A stretch of 64,000 nucleotides of DNA from Phycisphaeraceae bacterium (lineage in GTDB: Bacteria > Planctomycetota > Phycisphaerae > Phycisphaerales > UBA1924): NCBI GenBank assembly GCA_019454185.1, contig CP075368.1, positions 1,899,649 through 1,963,648 on the forward strand, in the 5' to 3' direction. Shown piece after piece: positions 9,771 through 17,616 of the stretch. How positions within the stretch are numbered: the stretch's first letter is position 1; each line of letters opens with the position of its first letter. A program made the translations under genes and the position numbers. The notes under the pieces are model-generated. The model was not told the origin of the DNA. It did no database searches and worked only from the letters and a program-made list of their open reading frames with translations.

Positions 9771-9849
9771 GGGGGATCCGGGAAGGCAAAGACGAAGAAA
9801 GAAGACTCACCACAGAGGCACAGAGGACACAGAGAAATGCAAAAACGGG
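9738..9849 (+). repeat. direct duplication, copy B
   Basis: See copy A. The two copies are offset by 174 nt. Confidence 0.85.
9804..9837 (+). repeat. 34-nt (CACAGAG)x3 repeat, copy 4
   Basis: Identical to copy 3. Lies 21 nt beyond the GxxExxY stop codon. Confidence 0.9.
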
Positions 9850-9858
9850 ATAGAAAGA

Positions 9859-10260
9859 CTACAACACCATTCGCTTGATGCCGTCACGGAGATAGGGAGA
9901 GTTGAAGTTGAGGAGAAGCCCCTTCGACTTTCTTGCGAGCCGGAGATACGTGAGTAACTGGGCCTCGTGGACGGGCAAGAGCTTCTCAACAGACTTCACT
10001 TCGACAACGACTGCACCACAAACGAGCAGATCGATTCGGTATCCACATTCGAGCTGAAGGCCTCGGTACTCGAGCGGCACTGCGACCTCGGACTCGACCG
10101 CGATCCCGCGATGGCCGAGTTCGTGCCTGAGGCACGCCTGGTACGCGGATTCGAGCAACCCAGGTCCGAGGGCCTCGTGAACGGTGATCGCAGCCCCGAT
10201 GATCTCTCCTGTCAGAGAGTCGGTGGAATCCGGCGCGAGATGGATGCCACGGTCCTGCAT
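9859..10260 (-). CDS. GxxExxY protein (PD-(D/E)XK nuclease-like superfamily)
   Basis: IIGAAITVHEALGPGLLESAYQACLRHEL contains the G-L-L-E-S-A-Y signature, and the ~133-aa size is typical. Start moved to the ATG at 10260 because upstream ORF codons translate the inverted repeat. Confidence 0.85.
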   Translation of the reverse strand: MQDRGIHLAPDSTDSLTGEIIGAAITVHEALGPGLLESAYQACLRHELGHRGIAVESEVAVPLEYRGLQLECGYRIDLLVCGAVVVEVKSVEKLLPVHEAQLLTYLRLARKSKGLLLNFNSPYLRDGIKRMVL

Positions 10261-10268
10261 CAATGGCT

Positions 10269-10302
10269 CTTCTCGGTGCTCTCTGTGCCTCTGTGGTGAG
10301 TC
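10269..10302 (-). repeat. 34-nt (CACAGAG)x3 repeat, copy 5 (inverted)
   Basis: The reverse complement reads GACTCACCACAGAGGCACAGAGAGCACCGAGAAG. Lies 8 nt upstream of the GxxExxY ATG. Confidence 0.85.
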
Positions 10303-10400
10303 TTTGTCTTGGTCGGTTTTCGAATCGTCCCACGCGTGTGTCCACGGGTGGGGCGGGGTGGTTTGGTTCATCCGCTCGCTCGCGCTCGCGGTTCGGTCAA

Positions 10401-10420
10401 CCCCGAGCTTGCGCTCGGGG
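10401..10420 (-). terminator. GC-rich hairpin downstream of groEL (copy 1)
   Basis: CCCCGAGC-ttgc-GCTCGGGG, a perfect 8-bp stem, 21 nt after the groEL stop. Only a short U run follows on the minus strand. Confidence 0.45.
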
Positions 10421-10441
10421 CTCCCTTTTGATTCCTATCGA

Positions 10442-12055
10442 TCAGGAGACGGATCCGGTCGTTGCTTCCTGCTCGTCCTTGAGTTCGGTCATCATGACGT
10501 CGGTGGTGAGCATGAGGCCCGCGACGCTCGCGGCATTGACCAGCGCGCTCTTCGCAACGAGGGCGGGATCGATGATCCCGGCTTTCACGAGGTCGCCGTA
10601 CTCGCCGGTCGCGGCGTTGAAGCCAAAGGAGCCCTTGCCGTCCTTGACCTTCTCGACCACGATGTCGCCGTCGAAGCCGGCGTTGACAGCGATCTGCCAT
10701 GCGCACTTCTCGACAGCGGCGATCACGATGTCGAAGCCGAGCTTCTCATCGCCCTTGGCCTTCTTCTGGGCGGCGGTCATGGCTTCCTGAGCGCGGATGA
10801 TGGCGACGCCGCCACCGGGGACGTACCCCTCCTTGGCAGCGGCGCGGGTCGCGTGGAGCGCGTCGTCGACGAGGTCCTTCTTGGCCTTCATAGCGACTTC
10901 GCTGGAGCCGCCGACGCGGATCATGGCGACGCCGCCGGTGAGCTTGGCGTGACGCTCCATCAGCTTCTCCTTGTCGTAGTCGCTGGTGGACTTGTCGTGC
11001 TGGGCCTTGATCTGTGAGGCGCGGGCGCTGATCTCGGCTTTCTTGCCCGCGCCCTCGATGATCGTGGTGTCGTCCTTGGTGATGACGACCTTCTTGGCGC
11101 GGCCGAGCTCGGAGATCTCGATGGATTCGAGCGAGCGGCCGAGATCTTCGGCGAAGAAGGTGCCGCCGGTGAGGACGGCGATGTCGCCGAGCATGGCCTT
11201 GCGGCGGTCGCCGAAGCCGGGGGCCTTGACGGCGCAGATCTTGAGGACGCCGCGGAGGCGGTTGACGACGAGGGCGGCGAGTGCCTCGTTCTCGACTTCT
11301 TCGGCGATGACGAGGATGGGCTTGCCGCTGGTTGCGACCTTGTTGAGGAAGGGGAGGAAGTCGGTGAGATTGCTGATCTTCTTCTCGTGGATGAGGATGT
11401 AGCAGTCTTCGAGCACGCACTCGGCGGTCTTGGGGTTGGTCATGAAGTAGGGGGAGAGGTAGCCCTTGTCGAACTGCATGCCCTCGACGTAATCGAGCGT
11501 GGTTTCGGCGGACTTGCCCTCTTCCACTTCGACGACGCCGTCGGGGCCGACCTTTGAGATGGCTTCGGCGATGAGTTCGCCGACTTCGGCGTCGTGGTTG
11601 GCAGAGACGGAAGCGATCTTCTTGTAGTCGTCCTTGCCCTTGCACTTGACGGCCATGCCGGTGATGGCCTCGGCGGCGGCCTCGGCGGCCTTGTTGATTC
11701 CCCGCTGGACCTGCACGGCGTTGGCGCCGGTGGCGATGACGCGGAGGCCTTCGGTGAAGATGGCCTGGGCAAGGACGGTGGCGGCGGTGGTGCCGTCGCC
11801 GGCCTTGTCGGCGGTCTTCTTGGCGACCTCATTGACGAGCTTGGCGCCCATGGAGGCGAAGGGCTCGGGGAGGGAGATCTCCTTGGAGACGGAGACGCCG
11901 TCCTTGGTGACGTGAGGGCCGCCGTAGGACTTCTCGATGACGACGTGGCGGCCGCTCGGGCCCATCGTGCACTTGACGGCCTCGGCCAGTTGGTCAACGC
12001 CCTTCTTCATCTCGAGGAGTGCGGCGTCTTTGTACATGATCTGCTTCTTGGACAT
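10442..12055 (-). CDS. groEL: chaperonin GroEL (paralog 1, tail ...ELKDEQEATTGSVS)
   Basis: MSKKQIMYKD...AGDGTTAATVLAQAI... is full-length Cpn60. It has no GGM-repeat tail. Confidence 0.97.
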   Translation of the reverse strand: MSKKQIMYKDAALLEMKKGVDQLAEAVKCTMGPSGRHVVIEKSYGGPHVTKDGVSVSKEISLPEPFASMGAKLVNEVAKKTADKAGDGTTAATVLAQAIFTEGLRVIATGANAVQVQRGINKAAEAAAEAITGMAVKCKGKDDYKKIASVSANHDAEVGELIAEAISKVGPDGVVEVEEGKSAETTLDYVEGMQFDKGYLSPYFMTNPKTAECVLEDCYILIHEKKISNLTDFLPFLNKVATSGKPILVIAEEVENEALAALVVNRLRGVLKICAVKAPGFGDRRKAMLGDIAVLTGGTFFAEDLGRSLESIEISELGRAKKVVITKDDTTIIEGAGKKAEISARASQIKAQHDKSTSDYDKEKLMERHAKLTGGVAMIRVGGSSEVAMKAKKDLVDDALHATRAAAKEGYVPGGGVAIIRAQEAMTAAQKKAKGDEKLGFDIVIAAVEKCAWQIAVNAGFDGDIVVEKVKDGKGSFGFNAATGEYGDLVKAGIIDPALVAKSALVNAASVAGLMLTTDVMMTELKDEQEATTGSVS

Positions 12056-12142
12056 GTGTTCACCTCTTTGGATCGTGCGTGTTGGTTGTCGGGCGGCGTG
12101 TGGATGCGGTGCCGCGTGTGTGTGTCGTGATTTCGGTGCGGC

Positions 12143-14044
12143 TCACCATGAACCGTCCTTCTCGTATCCGAGGGCGATGAGTTGGTCGCCAGCGGCTTGC
12201 TTGAACCATTTCTTTGCATCGTCGGTGAAGTAGTTCTGCCAGTCGCCCACTTGCCCCTTGCGATAGAAGCCGCCGGGGGTTTCGGTCTCGAATCCGGGCG
12301 CGGAGCGGTTGGCGGCACTGACTGGGGCGGCTTCGGCGGGATCGAGCCCGAGGAAGCGGTAGAGGGCGGCGCGCTCGGACTCGACGTCGGCGCGCATGCG
12401 TTCGTAACGGAGTTCGTGGAAGGGCGTGCGCCCGCGCTCGCGGATGACTGCGGCGACGGCGAGGTCGTGCCGCATCTGCTGTGCCCATTGGCGGGCGAGC
12501 GTGCGGACCCACTGTTCTTCGGCGAGCAGCCGGTGCGGCTCGCGTTTGAAGAGGTCCGGGTCGGCGAGGAAGGCCTGCTGGAGGGCGAGCATGCGCCCGG
12601 CGTAGAGCGGGTCTTTGAGCATCGTGCCGCCGGAGGCGAGTTCGTGGAAGGTGCGGCTGATGAGGACGTCGCGTCCGTCGCGAAGGAGGAGGATGTGGGG
12701 CGCACCGGGGACGAGGACGCGGAGGGCGCGGGGCGTCTTGTCGCCGAGCCATGTTGCGTCGGGCTTGTGGGTGCTGATCGCGCCCATGATGCGGCGGACG
12801 GCGTCGCGTGCGGCGCGCTCGGCCTCGGTGCGGACGGGCTCGTGATGGGCGACGTGCCAAGGCCAGCGGGTCAATTGGTCGAAGGCGTTTCGGAGGGCCT
12901 CGAAGCGGAACTCACCCTGCACGAAGGTGCGCGGATGGAGGTTCATGACGGCGACGGTCCAGGTGGTGCCGGAGCGGGGATGGCCGCAGACGAAGAAGAG
13001 ATTGCGGGCGATGCCGTCGATGGTGATGGTGTGTTCGGGCGCGTCGCCGGGAAGCGGCGCGGGGTCGGCGTGGGCCTCGATGAGGGCGGGATCGTGATGG
13101 GTGTGCGGGTGGGTGTGCGGCGCGTGGATGGCGGGTTGCGCAGGCGCGGCGGTTGGCGCGACCGAGGGTGCGACCTCGCTGATCCACAGATCGTTTGAGG
13201 CGTAGCCAGCGGCAGTGAGCGCGGCACCGGCCTCGTCGTGGAAGGCGAGCGCGTTCTCGCGCGTGAAGAATCGACGCCAAGAGCCGGGCGCGACGTCGTG
13301 GGCCTCGGACGGCTCTGCGGCGCGGGGCGCGAGGGTCTGCACCCCAAGGAGAGAACAGAGGGCGCGGACCGAATCGCCGGAGGTCGCGACGTCCTCGAAT
13401 CGGACGACGAGGGTGCGAGAGCCAGCATCGGCGAGGCGCTTGAGCGCGCCGAGATCGGACTGGATGCGGGTCGCCCAGGTGCGAGCGAGTTGGCGGAGCC
13501 AGGGTTCGAGCCAGAGGAGGCGATGGGGACGATCGCGGAGGAGGTTCGGATCGCGCCGGAGTTCCTCGCGAAGGTGCTCGAGCCGGGCACGGTAGCGCTG
13601 GTCGCTGAAGAGGGAGTCGGGGCCGGCGTGGGCACTGGTCAACTGGCGGAGGGCCTCGGCGATGACGACGTCGCGCCCATCGCGGACGAGGTAGATGTAT
13701 GTCCCGCCGGGAAGAATCTCGTCGACGGGCTCCTGGGCGATGTCGGCGATCCAGCGGATGGCGCGCGTGTCGGTGATCGCGGCGTGCATCGTGGCGCGGA
13801 CGAGTTCGTTGGTCGAGCGCAGGAGCGTTTCGGCGCCGGGGGCGTCGAGCGTGCTCGCGGCGCGGTGCGCGGCGCTGACAACGGGACCGAGGCCGAACGT
13901 GCCGGTGGTGACGATCCCGGTGCGGGCGAGCGCCGCGGCCAGGGTTTCCAGACCGCTGGAGGGGTGAGCACGGAGGAAGAGTTCGCGCACGGAGAGGGGC
14001 GCATCGACGCGAACGGGAGTTGAGGCGCGGAGCTGGGTGGTCAT
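12143..14044 (-). CDS. two-domain sulfotransferase (degenerate N-domain + canonical PAPS-type C-domain)
   Basis: C-domain motifs: FFVCGHPRSGTTW, LLLRDGRDVLIS, FYRKGQVGDWQNYFT. N-domain: HPSSGLETL replaces the PSB loop, VRDGRDVV is kept, and the C motif is degenerate (GSWRRFFT). The ATG at 14044 overlaps the upstream stop (ATGA). Confidence 0.8.
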   Translation of the reverse strand: MTTQLRASTPVRVDAPLSVRELFLRAHPSSGLETLAAALARTGIVTTGTFGLGPVVSAAHRAASTLDAPGAETLLRSTNELVRATMHAAITDTRAIRWIADIAQEPVDEILPGGTYIYLVRDGRDVVIAEALRQLTSAHAGPDSLFSDQRYRARLEHLREELRRDPNLLRDRPHRLLWLEPWLRQLARTWATRIQSDLGALKRLADAGSRTLVVRFEDVATSGDSVRALCSLLGVQTLAPRAAEPSEAHDVAPGSWRRFFTRENALAFHDEAGAALTAAGYASNDLWISEVAPSVAPTAAPAQPAIHAPHTHPHTHHDPALIEAHADPAPLPGDAPEHTITIDGIARNLFFVCGHPRSGTTWTVAVMNLHPRTFVQGEFRFEALRNAFDQLTRWPWHVAHHEPVRTEAERAARDAVRRIMGAISTHKPDATWLGDKTPRALRVLVPGAPHILLLRDGRDVLISRTFHELASGGTMLKDPLYAGRMLALQQAFLADPDLFKREPHRLLAEEQWVRTLARQWAQQMRHDLAVAAVIRERGRTPFHELRYERMRADVESERAALYRFLGLDPAEAAPVSAANRSAPGFETETPGGFYRKGQVGDWQNYFTDDAKKWFKQAAGDQLIALGYEKDGSW

Positions 14045-15135
14045 GGGTGACCTCCGCGACTCTTTGCAGCTCTGGTATCCCACTCGCTTCCCTGAGATTC
14101 GTAGCCGAGGGCGACGAGCATCTCACCGGCTTCTTCCATGAACCAGCGGCGGGCGTCTTTGGTGAAGTATGTCTCCCACTCGCCGCGTTTGCCGCTGCGG
14201 TAGAAGGAGGTCGCGCCCTGTCCCTTGCCGCCGAAGCCGGGCTTTGCGAGCGGATTGGCGTCGATGGGTGCGGCCTCGTCGGGGTTGACGCCGAGGAACT
14301 CGTACATGCGACGGCGCTGGGCCTCGGGATCGGCGTGGACGGCTTCGTAGCGGACTTCGAGGACCTTGCCGTCGAGCTCGGCGCGGGCGTAGCGACCCTT
14401 GGCGAACTCGTCGCGCCGGGCGCGGGTGGCCCAGACTCGGGCGACGTGTCGGACCCAGGTCTCTGAAGAGAGCAGCGCCTCAGGGTGCTTCTCGAAGTGC
14501 TTCGGGTCGGCCTTGAGGAGGTCAAGGAGCGCGAGCATGTCGCGCTTCCAGGGCTCGCGCGTGATGAGTTCGTTGTCGATGCGGAGCTGGTGGAAGGTCC
14601 AACTGACGCAGACATCGCGCCCGTCGCGGATGAGGTGGATGGTCGGCGCGCCCGGGAGCATCTGGAAGACTTCGCGGGGCGTCATGTCGCCGATGACATC
14701 GGCTTGCGGGCGGAGATGGACCGTTGTCAGCATGCACTCGCGGACGAGCCGCTGCATGTTGCGGCGGGCGATCTCGCGCATGGGGTCGTAGTGGCCGAGG
14801 TGCCAATCGTGCTTCTCGAACTGCCAGAGGCCCCCATACAGCATCTCGAAGTGGTACTCGCCCTGGATGTTGATCCGGGGGTGGAGGTTGAGGAGCGACT
14901 GCATCCAGTGGGTGCCGGAGCGGGGGTGGCCGCAGAGGAAGAAGAAGGAGCGTTCGACGCCCTGATAGACCTGGTGGAATCCGTCGCGGGAGTGGCCTTC
15001 GGCGAGGCCATTGGTTGGGGTGTTGGAGAGGGATTTGGGCTCGATGCTGAGCGAGAGAGCGGCATCGGCGCGCGGTGCGTCGGCCGGCGCTTCGCTGCCG
15101 GAGAGACGCTTCAGGATGCCGCGCACCGATGCCAC
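14041..15135 (-). CDS. sulfotransferase (PAPS-dependent type)
   Basis: FFFLCGHPRSGTHW, HLIRDGRDVCVS, FYRSGKRGEWETYFT. ORF 14041..15615 must start after groES; I chose the GTG at 15135, preceded by GAGG. The start is uncertain. Confidence 0.8.
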   Translation of the reverse strand: MASVRGILKRLSGSEAPADAPRADAALSLSIEPKSLSNTPTNGLAEGHSRDGFHQVYQGVERSFFFLCGHPRSGTHWMQSLLNLHPRINIQGEYHFEMLYGGLWQFEKHDWHLGHYDPMREIARRNMQRLVRECMLTTVHLRPQADVIGDMTPREVFQMLPGAPTIHLIRDGRDVCVSWTFHQLRIDNELITREPWKRDMLALLDLLKADPKHFEKHPEALLSSETWVRHVARVWATRARRDEFAKGRYARAELDGKVLEVRYEAVHADPEAQRRRMYEFLGVNPDEAAPIDANPLAKPGFGGKGQGATSFYRSGKRGEWETYFTKDARRWFMEEAGEMLVALGYESQGSEWDTRAAKSRGGHP

Positions 15136-15163
15136 GTGATTGCCTCGTTGTGTGGAGCGAGCA

Positions 15164-15451
15164 TCAGCCGATGACGCCGAGGAGTTCGTTCTCGCGGATG
15201 ATGAGGTGCTTGTCGCCCTTGATCTCGACCTCGGTGCCGGCGTACTTGCCGAAGACGACGGTGTCGCCGACCTTGACGGAGAGGTGGGCGCGCTTGCCGT
15301 TCTCCAAGAGCTTTCCTGGGCCTGTGGAGACGACCTTGCCCTGCATGGGCTTCTCCTTGGCGGACTCGGGGAGGTAGAGGCCGGAGGCGGTCTTGGTCTC
15401 GGCTTCGAGGGGCTTGACGAGGACGCGATCTTCGAGGGGTTTGACGGCCAT
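15164..15451 (-). CDS. groES: co-chaperonin GroES
   Basis: MAVKPLEDRVLVKPLEAETKTASGLYLPESAKEKPMQGKVVSTGPG... Confidence 0.97.
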   Translation of the reverse strand: MAVKPLEDRVLVKPLEAETKTASGLYLPESAKEKPMQGKVVSTGPGKLLENGKRAHLSVKVGDTVVFGKYAGTEVEIKGDKHLIIRENELLGVIG

Positions 15452-15793
15452 TGGGGTTCTCCAGAACTCGTGCGGCGGTTGCCGCGTGTTGGTGCTTTGT
15501 GAATCTGACTTGCACCTGAGTGGGGTGCGGGGGTTATGGTCCAGTGACTTATCGTTTCGAGAGACAGCACCTGGCTGGCGCTCGTCTCTTCACTCTGCAT
15601 TCCTGTACTCTGCATGTCGGACAGAACGGTACATGGTTGTAAAGAAGGAGGCCGTGGAGGATGGCGAGGGTGCGGTCGAGCATGCGTGAATCATTCCTTC
15701 GGACGCCCGGTCTGCCGACCACTGCCTGACGAGCGGTCTGCGGCACGGCCGACCGGACACCGCTCTGGAGAGCGGTGCCACCAGGAACCGAGA

Positions 15794-17476
15794 TCAGTGC
15801 GCGTGGGCGTGGCCCGCGTGCTCGTCCTTCTTCTCGGGCTTTTCGGTGATGATGCAGTCGGCGGTCAGGAGGACCGTGGCGACGCTGGCTGCGTTCTGGA
15901 GCGCGAGGCGATCGACCTTTGCGGGGGTGATGACACCCATGTCGACGAGGTCGCCGTACTCCTCGGTGAGGGCGTTGAAGCCGAAGTTGGCGGACTTGTT
16001 CTCGGCGACCTTCGCGACGACGACGGATCCCTTGACGCCCGCGTTGTCGGCGATCGTGCGGAGGGGGACGCCGAGGGCCTGATAGACCACGTCGAGTCCT
16101 GCGGCAAAGTCGTACTTCACGCGGCCGACTTCGTCGGCGGAGAGGTCCTCTGCCTGAGCGGCCTTGCCGAAGACGGCCTTGTGCTCTTTGAGCTTCTCGA
16201 TCGCGGCTCGGGCGCGGATGAAGGAGGTGCCGCCACCGGGGACGATACCCTCGGCGAGCGCGGCGCGGGTGGCGTGGAGGGCGTCTTCGACGCGGGCCTT
16301 CTTCTCCTTGAGTTCGGCCTCGGAGGCGGCGCCGACGTTGACCTGGGCGACGCCGCCGGCGAGCTTGGCGAGGCGTTCCTGGAGTTTCTCGCGGTCGTAG
16401 TCGCTGGTTGTGCGCTCGATCTCGGCGCGGATCTGGGCGATGCGTGCCTGGATGGACTTGCTGTCGCCCGCGCCCTCGATGATGGTGGTGTTGTCGGCGT
16501 CGATTTCGAGTTTCTTGGCCATGCCGAGGTGCTTGATCTCGACCTTGTCGAGTTCGATGCCGAGGTCCTTCATGATGGCGGTCGCGCCGGTGAGGATCGC
16601 GATGTCTTCGAGCATGGCCTTGCGGCGGTCGCCGTAGCCGGGGGCCTTGACGGCGGCGACCTGGAGCGTGCCCCGGAGCTTGTTGATGACGAGCGTGCTC
16701 AGGGCTTCGCCGGCGATGTCCTCGGCGATGATGAGGAGGGGCTTCTTGGCCTGCATGACCTTTTCGAGCAGGGGGACGAGCTTGGAGACGGAGTCGATTT
16801 TGTCCTCGTGGATGAGGATGAGGCACTTGTCGAGTTCGACCTTCATGTCGTCGACGTTGGTGACGAAGTTGGGGGAGAGGAAGCCACGGTCGAACTGCAT
16901 GCCCTCGACGACGGTGACCTCGGTCTCGAGCGACTTGCCCTCTTCGACGGTGATGACGCCGTCCTTGCCGACGCGATCGAAGGCGTCTGCCATGATCTTG
17001 CCGACCTCGGCGTCGTTATTGGCGGAGATGGCGGCGACGTTCTGGATGTCGGCCTTGCCCTTGACGGGGGTGGAGAGATCGTCGATGGCCTTGGAGGCGG
17101 TCTCGACGGCCTTCTTCATGCCGCGGACGAGGGCGTTGGCGTCGACACCGGCGGCGATGTACTTGAGCCCCTCGCGGAAGAGCGCCTCGGCGAGGACGGT
17201 GGCGGTGGTGGTACCGTCGCCGGCGTCGTCGGAGGTCTTGCTGGCGGCCTGCTTGACGAGCATGGCTCCCATGTTCTCGGCCTTGTTGCGGAGTTCGATC
17301 TCCTCGGCGACGGTGACGCCGTCCTTGGTGACGGTGGGTCCGCCCCAGGACTTGTCGATGACGGCGTTGCGGCCACGGGGCCCGAGGGTGGCTTTCACGG
17401 CCTTGGCGAGTTTCTCGACTCCGGCAAGAAGTGCCTGACGTGCCTCGATATCGAACGTGAGTTCCTTGGATGCCAT
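15794..17476 (-). CDS. groEL: chaperonin GroEL (paralog 2, His-rich tail ...[13 protein letters not shown])
   Basis: [20 protein letters not shown]...[15 protein letters not shown]... Uses the ATG at 17476, preceded by GGAG. Confidence 0.97.
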   Translation of the reverse strand: MASKELTFDIEARQALLAGVEKLAKAVKATLGPRGRNAVIDKSWGGPTVTKDGVTVAEEIELRNKAENMGAMLVKQAASKTSDDAGDGTTTATVLAEALFREGLKYIAAGVDANALVRGMKKAVETASKAIDDLSTPVKGKADIQNVAAISANNDAEVGKIMADAFDRVGKDGVITVEEGKSLETEVTVVEGMQFDRGFLSPNFVTNVDDMKVELDKCLILIHEDKIDSVSKLVPLLEKVMQAKKPLLIIAEDIAGEALSTLVINKLRGTLQVAAVKAPGYGDRRKAMLEDIAILTGATAIMKDLGIELDKVEIKHLGMAKKLEIDADNTTIIEGAGDSKSIQARIAQIRAEIERTTSDYDREKLQERLAKLAGGVAQVNVGAASEAELKEKKARVEDALHATRAALAEGIVPGGGTSFIRARAAIEKLKEHKAVFGKAAQAEDLSADEVGRVKYDFAAGLDVVYQALGVPLRTIADNAGVKGSVVVAKVAENKSANFGFNALTEEYGDLVDMGVITPAKVDRLALQNAASVATVLLTADCIITEKPEKKDEHAGHAHAH

Positions 17477-17600
17477 GTACGGGTCTCCGAAAGACAAGTG
17501 TGTCTTGGTATGACGGCCTGATTGGGGTGCCACGGGGCACGACCGAACAAAGACTTACCCGTGCGAGAACGATCGCGCGGTTGGGTGTATGGAGGCCATG

Positions 17601-17616
17601 GCAAGCAGAGTGCCAA
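17601..17616 (-). promoter_or_regulatory. candidate sigma-54 (-24/-12) promoter upstream of groEL paralog 2
   Basis: The minus strand reads TTGGCACtctgcTTGCc, an exact TGGCAC-N5-TTGC with canonical GG/GC spacing, 125 nt upstream of the groEL ATG in an intergenic region. Confidence 0.45.

Noticed and set aside
7096-10302. Possible CRISPR array formed by the repeated CACAGAG-containing elements.
   Set aside because: Spacing is irregular (about 0.5, 2.0, 0.17 and 0.46 kb) and the intervening DNA is ordinary genes. One copy is inverted, there are no cas genes, and each repeat is itself an internal heptamer triplet.
15533-15561. Sigma-32-like promoter upstream of groES (minus strand CTCGAAA-N14-GACCATAA).
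   Set aside because: The -35 part is a 6/7 match, but the -10 part matches only CCAT of CCCCATNT. That is too weak to call without transcription start data. A nearby 9-nt direct repeat (ACTCTGCAT x2, 15592-15615) is also unexplained.
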